From contig CAWCAG010000005.1 in assembly GCA_963793425.1 (NCBI GenBank), forward strand, positions 1,792,001-1,856,000: a stretch of 64,000 bases of DNA, given 5' to 3'. Position numbers and translations under genes: made by a program. Positions 1 to 11,604 of the stretch are shown here, piece by piece (positions within the stretch are counted from its first letter, which is position 1; each line of letters begins with the position of its first letter). The DNA is from an uncultured cyanobacterium. Its GTDB lineage: Bacteria > Cyanobacteriota > Cyanobacteriia > Cyanobacteriales > CAWCAG01. The notes under the pieces are model-generated. The model ran no database searches. It was not told where the DNA came from and saw only the letters and a list, made by a program, of their open reading frames with translations.

Positions 1-80
1 GAAGGGCTAGCCTGGTTAAGCTTAACTAGCGGCAAAGCAAGACCTCATTTAGCTTTTGTCCGAGAAGCGCCAGAAAATTA

Positions 81-1190
81 TTAAACAACTTCCGCCATAC
101 TAGAAGAACGAGCGAGTTCTTCTAAACGTTCTTGCTGATCTTGAGAAATACAAGCTTGGATGATATGTTCCACATCTCCTTCCAAGGCGGGGGCTAAACT
201 AAAATTCTGCCCCAAGCGATGATCTGTAATACGGTTATCTTTGTAATTATAGGTACGAATTTTTTCCGAACGCGCTCCTGTACCTACTTGAGAACGCCTC
301 ATAGAAGTAACCGCAGCTTTTTGTTCCTGTAACTTGATCTCATAAAGTTTAGCTCTGAGAATCTGCATTGCCCGTTCACGGTTTTGTAGTTGCGATCGCT
401 CCTCCGTACAAAAGATGCGAATACCTGTAGGTTTATGAATTAAATCTACAGCCGTTTCTACCTTGTTAACATTTTGTCCCCCTGCACCCCCAGAACGAGC
501 AGTAGACATCTCAATATCTTTAGGATCAATTTTCACCTCCACATCATCCACCTCCGGCATCACTGCCACAGTAGCTGTGGAAGTATGTACCCTTCCTCCT
601 GCTTCTGTAGTTGGAACCCTCTGTACTCGATGAACTCCAGCTTCAAATTTCAACTGACTGTAGACTTGCTGCCCTTGAATTTCTAGGATAGCTTCTTTAA
701 AACCACCCATATCAGCAGTAGATTCGCTAAGTAACTTAACCTTCCAGCCCTGACTCTCTCCATAGCGAGAGTATAGACGCACCAAATCCCCCGCCCAAAT
801 ACTTGCTTCATCACCCCCAGTCCCAGCCCTGATTTCTAACATAATGTTTTTATCATCGTTAGGATCTCTGGGTAAAAGCAAAACCTTGAGATAATTTTCT
901 AACTCAAGAGATTTTTCCTGCAACTCGGCCACTTCTAAAGCTGCCATTTCTTGCAATTCTGGTTCGCTGCTAGCTTCTTTTTGTACTTCCTTTGCTCCTA
1001 CCAATTCTTCTTGAGTAGCCTTCCAAGCTTCATAGGTATTAACCGTTTCTTCCAAAGAAGAACGAGCTTTAGCTACCTTTTGCAGTTCATTTGGATTAGT
1101 AGCAACATCTGGATCTGCTAAACGTCGAGTTAATTCAGCAAAGGTTTGTTCTACAGATTTCAGTTTATCTAATAAATAAGACTCAGCCAT
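81..1190 (-). CDS. prfA: peptide chain release factor 1
   Basis: GGQ motif (GAGGQNVNK) and PxT specificity motif (VPTTE); follows rpmE as usual in cyanobacteria. Confidence 0.97.
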   Translation of the reverse strand: MAESYLLDKLKSVEQTFAELTRRLADPDVATNPNELQKVAKARSSLEETVNTYEAWKATQEELVGAKEVQKEASSEPELQEMAALEVAELQEKSLELENYLKVLLLPRDPNDDKNIMLEIRAGTGGDEASIWAGDLVRLYSRYGESQGWKVKLLSESTADMGGFKEAILEIQGQQVYSQLKFEAGVHRVQRVPTTEAGGRVHTSTATVAVMPEVDDVEVKIDPKDIEMSTARSGGAGGQNVNKVETAVDLIHKPTGIRIFCTEERSQLQNRERAMQILRAKLYEIKLQEQKAAVTSMRRSQVGTGARSEKIRTYNYKDNRITDHRLGQNFSLAPALEGDVEHIIQACISQDQQERLEELARSSSMAEVV

Positions 1191-1278
1191 GATAATTACT
1201 CCTTAGAAAAATAGCATTTTTGTTGAGTGTATTTAATCCAAACTCATTGGATATACTCTTTTTCGGCCCTTAAATACA

Positions 1279-1309
1279 ATTAACCCAGCAGATAATCTAC
1301 TGGGTTAAT
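1279..1309. terminator. hairpin downstream of rpmE
   Basis: ATTAACCCAG-11 nt-CTGGGTTAAT inverted repeat. Confidence 0.6.
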
Positions 1310-1326
1310 AAAATTTGCCTAGGGAG

Positions 1327-1563
1327 CTATTTTTCGTCAGACTGAGACTCTTCTGCTGAAAGCATTCCGTATTTACGCATAAAACGCTCGACACGTCCTT
1401 CTGTGTCGATGATCTTTTGAGTTCCGGTATAAAATGGGTGATTCCCCGACCAAACCTCAACACTAATCTCTGGCTTTGTGGAACCGACAGTCATAACCAA
1501 CTCGCCATTACAATAAACCTTGGCATCTGGATACCATTCAGGATGGATATCTGGTTTAGGCAT
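1327..1563 (-). CDS. rpmE: 50S ribosomal protein L31
   Basis: MPKPDIHPEWY...NHPFYTG...GRVERF. Confidence 0.97.
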   Translation of the reverse strand: MPKPDIHPEWYPDAKVYCNGELVMTVGSTKPEISVEVWSGNHPFYTGTQKIIDTEGRVERFMRKYGMLSAEESQSDEK

Positions 1564-1588
1564 TTTCTTTTTCCTTCCCTTATATTAA

Positions 1589-2000
1589 TTATCGCTTAGA
1601 GTACTGAGGGGCTTTTCTGGCTTTATGTAAACCATATTTCTTACGCTCTTTGGCTCTCGGATCACGAGTCAAATACCCTTCAGTTTTCAGAGGTTGGCGA
1701 TTATCTGGATCTAAGTTCACAAAGCGCTCTAGCTACTCCTAGTTTAACAGCATCAGACTGACCAGTTAGTCCACCTCCGTGGGCATTAACCAGAATATCG
1801 TACTCGTTTTCCAAACCTAAAGTTTCTAAAGGGGCTTTAGCTGCGGCGATATAACTAGGGTTTTGGTTAAAGTAAATATTCCCTTCCTTACCATTAACCT
1901 TAATTTCGCCACTACCAGGAACTAAACGTACTCTAGCTATAGAGCGTTTACGACGACCAGTTCCCCAGTATACAGCTCGATCATTTTGTTCTTCAGGCAT
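1589..2000 (-). CDS. rpsI: 30S ribosomal protein S9, with one extra base near 1712-1716
   Basis: ORF 1701..2000 gives the N-terminal S9 ([12 protein letters not shown]). The C-terminus [40 protein letters not shown] is in another frame ending at 1589. Confidence 0.95.
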
Positions 2001-2003
2001 TGC

Positions 2004-2453
2004 TTATCTCCTTGGAATAGTATTAATTAACAAATTTTCCGGTGTTTGTGACTGGTGGGGGTGGTTAGGACCCGCATAAACTTTTAATTTGGTAAAAAGT
2101 TTACGCCCCAAAGAGTTTTTAGGTAGCATTCCCTTCACAGCCTTTTCAATAATCCTTTCAGGAATACGATTTTGCAGGTTTTCAAAGGTTTCTACTTTCA
2201 TTCCCCCTGGCCTTCCTGAGTGGCGGTGGTAGAGTTTTTGAGTACTTTTTTTACCAGTAACAACAACTTGCTCAGCATTGATTACAATTACAAAGTCCCC
2301 AGTATCCATATGGGGAGTAAAAGTAGGCTTGTTTTTACCACGTAAAATACTAGCAATTTCTGTTGCTAATCTGCCTAAGCGTTGGTCAGCAGCATCAACT
2401 ACATACCATTTCTGCTCTAGAGTTTCTTTATTGGGTAACGGTGTCTTAATCAT
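2004..2453 (-). CDS. rplM: 50S ribosomal protein L13
   Basis: [28 protein letters not shown]. Confidence 0.98.
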   Translation of the reverse strand: MIKTPLPNKETLEQKWYVVDAADQRLGRLATEIASILRGKNKPTFTPHMDTGDFVIVINAEQVVVTGKKSTQKLYHRHSGRPGGMKVETFENLQNRIPERIIEKAVKGMLPKNSLGRKLFTKLKVYAGPNHPHQSQTPENLLINTIPRR

Positions 2454-2540
2454 TTATCTGTAATATTTAAGTGGTTCGGTTTAAGAAATAATCAGCAATT
2501 AACTATTATCTAATAATCTCGAACTATAAACAAAGTTTTA

Positions 2541-3364
2541 TTAGTAGTTCGATAATAAGAATTGAGGTTGAGTATCAAACCAAATATCAGGAGGAAAAGG
2601 AAAATCTGGATAACCAACTCTTAACAAACATAGTCCTTTGGCTGGGGCTGAATATTTTACTTCTTCTCTTTTTTGGTTTACCCAAATTTCTGTAAAACTT
2701 TCTGGCGATCGCTTCGCGGCCCCACTTCAACTAACATCCCAACTAACAATCTCACCATGCCATAGAGAAAACCATCAGCCTGAATTTCTAGTTGGATGAA
2801 AGGTCCTCGACGATAACATTCTGCTGCTTGAACCTCTACCCAAGAATGGGTTCTGTGAGAACCTGCCCTCCTAAAAGCAGCAAGGTGATGGCGGCCAATT
2901 AACGGCTTGAGTGCCTTATTTAGTAAAGATTCCTCTAGTTGATGATGGTAATAGTGCCAGCAGAAGGGTTGGACAAAAAGGTTAGGTTCTTTATCTGTGT
3001 AAAAAGTATAGCGATAACGCCGCCAGATTGCTGAAAAACGAGCGTGCCAGCTAGGAGCAACCAAAGCAGAAGCTCGAATCAGTAAATCATCAGGTAAAAG
3101 GCTATTAAGAACCTTAGCCCACCGCAAAGCGGGGATAGGACTAGTAATCTCAAAATGAGCTACTTGAGCCGCTGCATGAACTCCTGCATCTGTACGTCCT
3201 GCCCCATGTAAGGTTACCGGCTTACCCTGAACTTTAGTGATCGCCTGCTCTATTTCTGCTTGCACTGTCCTTTGGTTCGGCTGCCTTTGCCAACCATGGA
3301 AATGAGTTCCTACATACTGAATAACTAGAGCAATACGTTGCTTTTCGCCCCTCAAATGAGTCAA
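2541..3364 (-). CDS. truA: tRNA pseudouridine(38-40) synthase, with one base missing near 2710-2723
   Basis: GAGRTDAGVHA catalytic motif. The C-terminus RSPESFTEIW...SAPAKGLCLLRVGYP...SNY* continues in another frame to 2541. Confidence 0.93.
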
Positions 3365-3368
3365 TACC

Positions 3369-3719
3369 TCAAACTAACTCGATAATAGCCATTTCTGCAT
3401 TATCTCCGCGCCTTCTTATGGTGCGAGAAATACGAGTATAACCGCCACTGCGATTGCCATAGCGTTCTTGAGCTTGTTCAAATAAGGCATGAACTAATTT
3501 TTTATCATAAAGAAAAGCCATAGCCTGACGGCGAGAAGCTAAAGAACCATCCTTAGCTAAGGTAATCATTTTTTCTACTTTAGGACGCACTGCCCGGGCG
3601 CGAGTTTTAGTCGTTTTAATTTGCCCATGGCGAATTAATTGTGTTGCTAAAGCTCTTAATAAAGCTTTACGCTGATCGGCCGGTAAGCCTAGTTCTGGTA
3701 CTCGACAGCGGTGACGCAT
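3369..3719 (-). CDS. rplQ: 50S ribosomal protein L17
   Basis: MRHR...RSGGYTRI...[14 protein letters not shown]. Confidence 0.98.
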   Translation of the reverse strand: MRHRCRVPELGLPADQRKALLRALATQLIRHGQIKTTKTRARAVRPKVEKMITLAKDGSLASRRQAMAFLYDKKLVHALFEQAQERYGNRSGGYTRISRTIRRRGDNAEMAIIELV

Positions 3720-3795
3720 TTTTTTCCTCCATAAAGTAAGTGTGAATTATCTGCTGAGGAGGTTGACTGATAATAATTGGCCAACCTACTCATAA

Positions 3796-4737
3796 CTAAA
3801 CTTTTGATTTCTCTTGGGGTAAAGTAATTCCTAAACGTTGCTGTAAAGCCTCAATTACTTCTTCAGCAGATTTTTGACCGAAGTTTTTAATTTCTAACAG
3901 GTCTTCTTGAGAGTAATCAAGTAAATCTGCTACTGAATTAATTTGAGCGCGTTTGAGGCAATTATACGCTCGTACAGAGAGTTGCAATTCTTCAATGGGG
4001 ATTTGGCTAGTAGGATCTTCGTCCTCCTGGTAATCTTCAGGTTTCTCTTGAATGTTAAGATCCTGAATGGGGCTAAAGAGGTCTACAACAATTCCCGCAG
4101 CCTGAGAGAGTGCTTCTTCTGGCTTTAAGCTACCATTTGTCCAGATATCCATGATTAGCCTATCTTTGGCAACAGTACCATCAGTATGAATATCCTCTAC
4201 ACTGTAATTAACTTTGCTCACAGGCATAAATACAGCGTCAATTTGGAGGAAGTCCAAAGAAGTCGCTTCATCTTTTCCCCTTTGTACTGCCCGATAGCCT
4301 TTTCCTCTTTCTAAACGGAATTCCATTTCCAGTTTGGCCCCTTCTGCAAGAGTAGCCACATACTGATTAGGATCAACAATCTCTATTTCTGAGGGCAGAT
4401 CGAACTGAGCAGCAATCACCGTTGCTGGCCCTGTAGCCACAAGACGTGCTATTTGCGGTGCTGAAGTATGGCTTCTGAAGACAATTTCTTTCATATTCAA
4501 AAGAATTTCTAGAACGTCTTCCCTTATACCTTCAAGGGTGGCAAATTCGTGGCTTACTCCAGCAATTCGAACAGCCGTTACTGCTGTCCCTTCTAAGTTA
4601 GAGAGTAAAACCCGACGCAGGGCGTTACCAACAGTTGTCCCTTGACCGCGTTCGAGAGGTTCTATGACAAACTGGCTATACTGGCTCTGATTTTTATGGG
4701 TTTTAGACTCTACTGGATCAATACTAAACTGCACCAT
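3796..4737 (-). CDS. rpoA: RNA polymerase alpha subunit
   Basis: EPLERGQGTTVGNALRRVLLS; CTD LSVRAYNCLKRA. Confidence 0.98.
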   Translation of the reverse strand: MVQFSIDPVESKTHKNQSQYSQFVIEPLERGQGTTVGNALRRVLLSNLEGTAVTAVRIAGVSHEFATLEGIREDVLEILLNMKEIVFRSHTSAPQIARLVATGPATVIAAQFDLPSEIEIVDPNQYVATLAEGAKLEMEFRLERGKGYRAVQRGKDEATSLDFLQIDAVFMPVSKVNYSVEDIHTDGTVAKDRLIMDIWTNGSLKPEEALSQAAGIVVDLFSPIQDLNIQEKPEDYQEDEDPTSQIPIEELQLSVRAYNCLKRAQINSVADLLDYSQEDLLEIKNFGQKSAEEVIEALQQRLGITLPQEKSKV

Positions 4738-4814
4738 AGAGTAACCTCCCTTTTTTGTCCTTTGTCATGTTTCGCGGTGTTGTTTTGTCTTTTTTACTAG
4801 GGGATGGATTGAGA

Positions 4815-5207
4815 CTAAACTCTACGCCGCTTGGGTGGACGACAGCCGTTGTGAGGAATCGGCGTTACATCCCGGATTAGAGTAATTTCCAATCCGGCTC
4901 CTTGCAAAGCACGTATTGCTGTTTCTCTTCCTGCACCCGGCCCACTAACCATTACTTCCAGTTGGCGCATTCCTTGTTCCATTGCTCGGCGGGCAGCGCT
5001 ATCTGCTGCGGTTTGAGCAGCAAAGGGAGTACCTTTTTTAGCTCCTTTGAAACCGCTAGAACCAGCAGAAGCCCAAGAAACGGCATCTCCACGAGTATCG
5101 GAAATGGTGACGATGGTATTGTTGAAAGTAGAATGAATGTGGGCAATACCACTGGGGATGTTACGCTTTTGCTTTTTAGCGCCACTTTTCTTTGTTGGTC
5201 GAGCCAT
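4815..5207 (-). CDS. rpsK: 30S ribosomal protein S11
   Basis: [27 protein letters not shown]. Confidence 0.98.
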   Translation of the reverse strand: MARPTKKSGAKKQKRNIPSGIAHIHSTFNNTIVTISDTRGDAVSWASAGSSGFKGAKKGTPFAAQTAADSAARRAMEQGMRQLEVMVSGPGAGRETAIRALQGAGLEITLIRDVTPIPHNGCRPPKRRRV

Positions 5208-5280
5208 ATTACTTAACTTGCTAACTTGATATCGAGTTTGAATGAAAAAACGGGGTTAAGAAAGAATAGATATAGACTAC

Positions 5281-5667
5281 CTATTTTTTGCCAGGAGCCT
5301 TTTTCTTTCCAGCAACAGTTAACCGCCTTCCACCACGCCTGGTTCGGCTGTTGGTACGAGTGCGCTGCCCCCTGACTGGTAGTCCTTGGCGATGCCGCCT
5401 TCCTCTGTAAGCACCAATATCAACAAGACGCTTGATATTCATAGATTCCCAACGTCTCAAGTCACCTTCGACTTGGTAGTTGCTTTCTACGTAGGAGCGT
5501 AATTTTGCTGCTTCTTCGTCAGTTAAATCTTTTACTCTTGTATCTGGATTAATTCCCGTATTTGCTAAAATTTCTTGAGAACGGGATAATCCAACTCCAA
5601 AAATATAGGTTAAACCTATCTCTATTCGCTTATCACGCGGAAGGTCTACACCACTAATCCTAGCCAC
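5281..5667 (-). CDS. rpsM: 30S ribosomal protein S13
   Basis: [32 protein letters not shown] start. Confidence 0.98.
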   Translation of the reverse strand: MARISGVDLPRDKRIEIGLTYIFGVGLSRSQEILANTGINPDTRVKDLTDEEAAKLRSYVESNYQVEGDLRRWESMNIKRLVDIGAYRGRRHRQGLPVRGQRTRTNSRTRRGGRRLTVAGKKKAPGKK

Positions 5668-5787
5668 ACTTTCTTCTCCCTAATTTGTCACTTTTACTAC
5701 TAATCTTGTTAGTCTTTAAACTTAAAAATGAATAACTTAAATTGCTTGGTCTTTATCTTGATCTTGACAGAGCCAATTTTAAGCTAG

Positions 5788-5901
5788 TTAACCTTGGCGT
5801 TGTTTATGTTTGGGATTCGTACAAATCACCATTACTCTGCCGCGACGACGGATAACGCGGCATTTTTCACACATTTTTTTAACGGATGCTCTAACTTTCA
5901 T
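5788..5901 (-). CDS. rpmJ: 50S ribosomal protein L36 (37 aa, not in the ORF track)
   Basis: Hand translation [37 protein letters not shown]; lies between infA and rpsM. Confidence 0.97.
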   Translation of the reverse strand: MKVRASVKKMCEKCRVIRRRGRVMVICTNPKHKQRQG

Positions 5902-6008
5902 GCGTCTTTTTGGCCATACTGCAAGCTTACTATTATACCAATAATTGACTTTTTTTTGTAAGTCTATAGTTGGATTTATGCTTTTTAATTATCTTGATCA
6001 CTCAATGT

Positions 6009-6233
6009 TTATTTCTTACGCAAACGATAGGTAATCCTACCTTTAGTAAGATCGTAGGGAGTTAACTCTACTTTGACCCTGTCTCCAGGTAAAATTTTGA
6101 TGTAGTTGCGGCGAATTTTGCCAGAAATATGGGCTAGGATGTTAAAACCATTGTCTAGATCAACTCGAAACATGGCATTAGGCAAAGACTCTGTTACTGT
6201 GCCTTCCATTTCAATTAAATCTTGCTTAGCCAA
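6009..6233 (-). CDS. infA: translation initiation factor IF-1
   Basis: [36 protein letters not shown] start. Confidence 0.98.
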   Translation of the reverse strand: MAKQDLIEMEGTVTESLPNAMFRVDLDNGFNILAHISGKIRRNYIKILPGDRVKVELTPYDLTKGRITYRLRKK

Positions 6234-6426
6234 TTTATAAATACCTCAATTCTTGTCAACAGGTAATCTGTTTGGTGTAACTTAAAACGATAAAAGGCGA
6301 TATAATACCTATTTATTAAAGGGATTTTTCCCTACTCAATCCTGGTTTTGCTAGGGGCCGCTTAGCTTAGTTTCTACAAAACTATTTTTAATGATCAGGA
6401 ATAAAGTTTGATTAACTTAATATTCT

Positions 6427-6987
6427 CTACAAAGCTACTATTTTTTCTAAAGAGTTGGTCACTTCTTCAGGTAAAAGATTGCCATCCACAGACTTAAGAC
6501 TATTACGAGTTCGATAATAATCAAGCACTGGAGCTGTTTCTTCTTGGTAAACTTCTAGACGACGGCGGATTGTTTCTTCTGTATCATCTCTACGGCCTCT
6601 TTGAAGAAGACGAGTGATGAGTTGCTCTTTCGGGACTTCTAGATTAACTACATATCCAGCAGACTGTTGTAAGTCATCAAGCAAATTATCTAAGAACTCT
6701 GCTTGTTCAACATTCCGAGGGAAACCATCTAAAATCCACCCTTTGACAGTATCTCCTTGATTCAATCTTTCTTTGATTAAATCAAGAATTAGTTCATCAG
6801 GAACAAGCTCTCCCCTATCTACATAACCTTGAGCTTTTTTTCCTAAAGGAGTGTTTTCCTTAATAACACCTCGTAAAATTTCACCTGTAGAAATATGAGG
6901 AATACCCAGCAATTGTGCTAATTTTTGAGCTTGAGTGCCTTTTCCTGCACCTGGGGGACCTAAAAAAATAATTCTTGAACTTGTCAT
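6427..6987 (-). CDS. adk: adenylate kinase
   Basis: GPPGAGKGTQA, HISTG, LDGFPR. Confidence 0.97.
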   Translation of the reverse strand: MTSSRIIFLGPPGAGKGTQAQKLAQLLGIPHISTGEILRGVIKENTPLGKKAQGYVDRGELVPDELILDLIKERLNQGDTVKGWILDGFPRNVEQAEFLDNLLDDLQQSAGYVVNLEVPKEQLITRLLQRGRRDDTEETIRRRLEVYQEETAPVLDYYRTRNSLKSVDGNLLPEEVTNSLEKIVAL

Positions 6988-7012
6988 TTTTTATCCTGGT
7001 TAGGTTGTAAGC

Positions 7013-8329
7013 TTATTGCTTAACCATGCCTTCATATCTTTGAGAGATTACATAGGTTTGGATTTGCTTAGCTGTGTCTATAGCAACACCAACAAGGATC
7101 AACAACGAAGTTGCCCCTAAACCCTGAAAGGTTGTTACTCCTGTAGCTGTTTCTACGAAAATAGGTACAGTAGCTACTAAACCCAAGAAAATTGCTCCCA
7201 AAAAGGTCAAACGATTCAACACCTTTTCCAGATAATCGCTTGTAGCTTTACCAGGACGAATACCAGGTATACTAGAACCCATCTTTTTTAAGTTTTGGGA
7301 CATATCTACAGGGTTGACAATTAAAGAAGCATAAAAATAGCTAAAAAAGACAATAGAAAGACCCAGTACAGCTACATATAACCAAGGAATTCCCCCAGTG
7401 CTTCTTGGGCTTAAGTATCTGGCAATAGTATCAAAAGCTTCAATATTGGTAAATTGCGCCAAAGAGTTGGGCAAAAATAGTATGGCAGTGGCAAAAATAA
7501 TTGGCATTACTCCGCCTTGGTTAAGACGCAGAGGTAAGTAACTTTTCCTTTCCCTGTATAAGCGTTTGCCTACTTGTCGGCGGGCAGAAATAATTGGGAT
7601 ACGGCGTGTACCTTCTTGGACAAAAACAATCAGCAAAATCATTACCAAGAAAACAAGTAGTAAAATAACTACTTGAGCTACAGCTTCTCGCCCTCCACTT
7701 TGAGCAAACTGGATCGTATCTCCTAAAGTTTTGGGTAAACTAGCGACAATATTGACAAAAATCAATAAAGAAGCTCCGTTACCAATACCTCTTTCTGTAA
7801 TTACTTCTGAAACCCACATGACGAACATAGAGCCAGCAGTGAGAGCCAGTACTATAGCTAGCTTAAATAACAGCGAGTCATTTTCTATATAGTTTCGCAA
7901 CAAGCCAAAAGTGAATCCTGCGCTTTGAATAATAGCCCAGCCCAAAGCTACATAGCGGGTTATTTGAGAAATTTTGCGTCTTCCAGCTTCTCCTTCATTT
8001 TTTTGCAAATTCTCTAGGGAGGGAATAGCTGCTGTTAGCAACTGCATAATAATGGAGGCATTAATAAAGGGTAGAATCCCTAAACTAAAAATACCTACTG
8101 CGGTAAAACCGCCTCCAGAAAAGATATCTAAAAAGCCCAGGACAGCGTTATTGCGAACTCCTTCTTCAAAAGCAGCTCGGTTGATTCCCGGTACAGGAAC
8201 TCTTACCCCAAAGCGGACTAGGATCAAAAGACCAACTGTGACTAGCAGCCGCCCCCGAAGGCCAGCCGCTTGAGCCATTTGCATAAAAGTCTCTTGGGCT
8301 GTTGGTGTTTTATCTCGACTTACAACCAT
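7013..8329 (-). CDS. secY: preprotein translocase SecY
   Basis: LGILPFINASIIMQLL, GIGNGASL, IPGIRPG. Confidence 0.98.
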   Translation of the reverse strand: MVVSRDKTPTAQETFMQMAQAAGLRGRLLVTVGLLILVRFGVRVPVPGINRAAFEEGVRNNAVLGFLDIFSGGGFTAVGIFSLGILPFINASIIMQLLTAAIPSLENLQKNEGEAGRRKISQITRYVALGWAIIQSAGFTFGLLRNYIENDSLLFKLAIVLALTAGSMFVMWVSEVITERGIGNGASLLIFVNIVASLPKTLGDTIQFAQSGGREAVAQVVILLLVFLVMILLIVFVQEGTRRIPIISARRQVGKRLYRERKSYLPLRLNQGGVMPIIFATAILFLPNSLAQFTNIEAFDTIARYLSPRSTGGIPWLYVAVLGLSIVFFSYFYASLIVNPVDMSQNLKKMGSSIPGIRPGKATSDYLEKVLNRLTFLGAIFLGLVATVPIFVETATGVTTFQGLGATSLLILVGVAIDTAKQIQTYVISQRYEGMVKQ

Positions 8330-8447
8330 GAATTTTGACTTTTTAAGGTTACTAGGGATAGGCTTGTAAACAATTTTAATTCTTTTTTTAGAATTATTTT
8401 TTAACTCAATTGCTGCTCAAAATTACCTAAGCAATGTTTGACCTATT

Positions 8448-8891
8448 TTAAATAACTTCCCAGCTACCACCAGCCGCTTCAATTTTTTGGCGCGCGCTAG
8501 CTGTAAAAGCAGCGGCTTTTACTTGCAGAGGAACATTTAGTTCGCCATCACCAAGAATTTTGAGAGGGCCATCATTTTGAGTTACGATACCGTTTTCTAG
8601 TAAAGAAGCAAGAGTTACTTCACTATTGGCAGCTACAGAAGAAAGATTCTTAACGTTGATTGTAGTGTAATGCCGAGGATTAATTACTGTAAAGTGCTTC
8701 AATTTGGGTATGCGGCGATAAAGGGGCATTTGTCCCCCTTCAAAGCCTGGTTTTGTTCCTGTTCCGGAACGGGCTTTTTGACCGCGCATTCCTTTTCCAC
8801 AGCTAGCCCCTTGCCCTGCGGAAATTCCCCTGCCTAAGCGACGGGGCCGTTTTTTAGAACCTTTTTTAGGTACAGCGTCATTAATTCTCAT
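8448..8891 (-). CDS. rplO: 50S ribosomal protein L15
   Basis: [22 protein letters not shown]. Confidence 0.98.
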   Translation of the reverse strand: MRINDAVPKKGSKKRPRRLGRGISAGQGASCGKGMRGQKARSGTGTKPGFEGGQMPLYRRIPKLKHFTVINPRHYTTINVKNLSSVAANSEVTLASLLENGIVTQNDGPLKILGDGELNVPLQVKAAAFTASARQKIEAAGGSWEVI

Positions 8892-8928
8892 AATTTGTTT
8901 TTGTAAGCTTTTAATTGTGGCAATCTCG

Positions 8929-9450
8929 CTATATGTAGAGCTTTTCGATGGGGATTCCTCTTTCTTTAGCTACAGCAGAAAAAGTTCGTAAACCATCTAG
9001 GGCATTAATGGCCGCCCTAGCATTATTTAAGGGGTTATTAGAGCCTAATTGTTTAGCGAGGATATTTTTCACTCCAGCTAGTTCTAGTACTGTACGTACA
9101 GCACCCCCAGCAATTACACCAGTACCTGGGGCCGCAGGACGCACCATAACTTTCGCTCCTCCAGAAATGCCATTGGCTGGGTGGGTAATAGAGTTAGATT
9201 TGGTCAGAGAAACTTCAATCAACTGCTTTTTGCCATCAGCAACTCCTTTACGGACAGCACCAATAACATCACTTGCTTTGCCAACACCAACACCAACTTG
9301 ACCTTTCTCATTGCCGACTACAACGATGGCACGAAAACTCAATTTTTTACCACCTTTGACAACTTTGCTGACCCGACGAATTTGAATTACCCTTTCTTGC
9401 CAGGTTGATTCTTTTTCTTTAGCACGCTTGTTTTTTTTACCTTTAGCCAT
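8929..9450 (-). CDS. rpsE: 30S ribosomal protein S5
   Basis: [23 protein letters not shown]. Confidence 0.98.
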   Translation of the reverse strand: MAKGKKNKRAKEKESTWQERVIQIRRVSKVVKGGKKLSFRAIVVVGNEKGQVGVGVGKASDVIGAVRKGVADGKKQLIEVSLTKSNSITHPANGISGGAKVMVRPAAPGTGVIAGGAVRTVLELAGVKNILAKQLGSNNPLNNARAAINALDGLRTFSAVAKERGIPIEKLYI

Positions 9451-9502
9451 GACGCTTTTTTGTTTTTTAGAGTTTTAATTGAAAAATAAAGGTCTTACTT
9501 AA

Positions 9503-9865
9503 TTAAAAATCTAGTCCTCCTTCACGAGCTGCATCAGCAAGGGCTTTGACTCTGCCATGATAAAGATTGCCACCACGATCAAAAACCACCTTTTCGATCC
9601 CTTGTTCTTTAGCTCTTGCTGCTACTAATTTGCCAACTTCAGAAGAAGCTTCGCAAGTTGCCCCAGAGGGTATTTTACTTTTCAAATCTGGATCTAGTGT
9701 AGAAGCCGCAGCTATAGTATGTTGGGCTTGATCATCAATTATTTGAGCATAGATATGTTGGTTGGAACGAAAAACAGCTAACCGAGGGCGAGTAGATGTG
9801 CCACGAACTTGGCGACGTATCCTTTGATGGCGGCGTTTGACTAATTGTTTGCGAGAAGGCTTCAT
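9503..9865 (-). CDS. rplR: 50S ribosomal protein L18
   Basis: [28 protein letters not shown]. Confidence 0.98.
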   Translation of the reverse strand: MKPSRKQLVKRRHQRIRRQVRGTSTRPRLAVFRSNQHIYAQIIDDQAQHTIAAASTLDPDLKSKIPSGATCEASSEVGKLVAARAKEQGIEKVVFDRGGNLYHGRVKALADAAREGGLDF

Positions 9866-9870
9866 TTTTA

Positions 9871-10410
9871 TTACTTCTTACCTGCTTTACCAGCTTTACG
9901 TCTGACGAATTCACCTTGATAGCGAATACCTTTACCTTTGTAAGGTTCAGGGGGTCTAACTGCTCTAATTTTGGCAGCTACATTACCAACAATTTCTTTG
10001 TTGATTCCGCTAACTGTTACTTGGGTATTTTTTTCCACAGCTAGCTGAATTCCTTCTGGAGGATCAATCTCCACAGGGTTACTGTAACCAACATTGAGAA
10101 TCAGCTTTTTGCCTTGGACTTGAGCGCGATAACCTATACCTTGGATATCTAACTGTTTGGTATAACCTTGAGATACTCCTTCTACCATGTTAGCGACTAG
10201 GGTTCTAGATAAACCATGGAGTTGTCGGGAGGTGCGGGATTCATCTTGGCGCTGAACTTCAAGGGTATCTCCTTGCTGCTCCACTATTACTTTGTCGGGC
10301 AATACTCTATCTAGAGTACCTTTAGGCCCTTTGACTGTAATATGTTGCCCTTTTATATCTACTGTTACTTTGCTAGGAATGGGAATCGGACGCTTACCGA
10401 TACGAGACAT
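9871..10410 (-). CDS. rplF: 50S ribosomal protein L6
   Basis: Start placed at MSRIGKRPI (ATG 10410), not the upstream [14 protein letters not shown]. Confidence 0.97.
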   Translation of the reverse strand: MSRIGKRPIPIPSKVTVDIKGQHITVKGPKGTLDRVLPDKVIVEQQGDTLEVQRQDESRTSRQLHGLSRTLVANMVEGVSQGYTKQLDIQGIGYRAQVQGKKLILNVGYSNPVEIDPPEGIQLAVEKNTQVTVSGINKEIVGNVAAKIRAVRPPEPYKGKGIRYQGEFVRRKAGKAGKK

Positions 10411-10496
10411 GATTGAGCTACTCCATTGTTTGACTTTGTTCTTAAGTTTTTGACGGTACAAAATATCGATGAACTTAGGTGACAACTAGCCAATAG

Positions 10497-10898
10497 CTAC
10501 CATACATAACAGAGGATTTCTCCGCCAATTCCTTTTTGCCTAGCTTCTCTATCAGTCATGATGCCACTTGAGGTAGAAATGACGGCAATACCAATACCAC
10601 CTAAGACCCTTGGTAATTCTTTGCGATTTTTATAGACTCTTAAGCCTGGTTTACTAACTCTTTTTAAATTGGTAATAATGGGCTGACGGTTCCTTCCTTT
10701 GTATTTAAGGGAGATTACTAAATTTCTTTTAATAACTTCGCCTACCTCTTCAAAATCAGCAATAAAGCCTTCATCTTTAAGAACTTGAGCAATACTGCGA
10801 GTCATTTTTGTTGCAGGAACATTGGTGGTGGAATGCCTAACCAAACAAGCATTCCGGATGCGGGTCAGCATATCTGAAATTGTGTCATTAGAAGCCAT
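10497..10898 (-). CDS. rpsH: 30S ribosomal protein S8
   Basis: [30 protein letters not shown]. Confidence 0.98.
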   Translation of the reverse strand: MASNDTISDMLTRIRNACLVRHSTTNVPATKMTRSIAQVLKDEGFIADFEEVGEVIKRNLVISLKYKGRNRQPIITNLKRVSKPGLRVYKNRKELPRVLGGIGIAVISTSSGIMTDREARQKGIGGEILCYVW

Positions 10899-10992
10899 TC
10901 TTTGCTTTTTTGTCTCCTTTTAATAGGTTATAGGGGCAAGTTAGTAGCAACGTTAATCTGGAAAATTAATTCTACTTAACCCTCCTGCCTAA

Positions 10993-11538
10993 TTAATTGT
11001 TCCGGAAAGGCATACCCATTTCTTTGAGTAAAGCTCTACCTTCCTCATCAGTATTGGCTGTGGTCACGATGGAAATATCCATGCCACGAATTTGGTCGAT
11101 GCTATCGTAGTCAATTTCTGGAAAAATCAGTTGCTCTCTAATGCCAAGACTATAGTTGCCTTTACCATCAAAGCTTTTTGGGCTAACACCACGAAAATCT
11201 CTAATTCTGGGTAATGACAAACTAATTAAGCGGTCAAGGAAAGCGTACATTCGTTCTTGGCGTAAAGTGACCATGACCCCAACAGGCATCCCTTCACGAA
11301 TTTTAAAACCAGCGATCGCTTTTTTCGCTCTAGTAACTACAGGTTTCTGCCCTGTAATTGTTGCTAACTCCCGAAGAGATGACTCCATGGCTTTAGTGTT
11401 TTGAGATGCTTCTCCTAAACCCCGATTAATAGTTATTTTTTGGACTTTAGGTACTTGATGGATATTAGTATACCCAAACTGTTCTTTTAGTTTAGGAACA
11501 ATTTTTTCTTGATAAATAGTCTTTAGTCTTTGTGTCAT
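10993..11538 (-). CDS. rplE: 50S ribosomal protein L5
   Basis: [23 protein letters not shown]. Confidence 0.98.
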   Translation of the reverse strand: MTQRLKTIYQEKIVPKLKEQFGYTNIHQVPKVQKITINRGLGEASQNTKAMESSLRELATITGQKPVVTRAKKAIAGFKIREGMPVGVMVTLRQERMYAFLDRLISLSLPRIRDFRGVSPKSFDGKGNYSLGIREQLIFPEIDYDSIDQIRGMDISIVTTANTDEEGRALLKEMGMPFRNN

Positions 11539-11556
11539 GGTTTTTGAATTGTAAAT

Positions 11557-11578
11557 TTCCCTGGGCTTGGTCAGGGAA
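11557..11578 (-). promoter_or_regulatory. GC-rich hairpin in the rplX-rplE spacer (candidate autogenous-control structure)
   Basis: Minus strand TTCCCTG-ACCAAGCC-CAGGGAA, ~18 nt before the rplE start. Confidence 0.4.
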
Positions 11579-11604
11579 TGTTTTTAACAGCGATAGAGAC
11601 TGAA

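Noticed and set aside
10411..10485. N-terminal extension of L6 in the ORF track
   Set aside because: Comes from an upstream TTG; the conserved protein starts at MSRIGK (10410).
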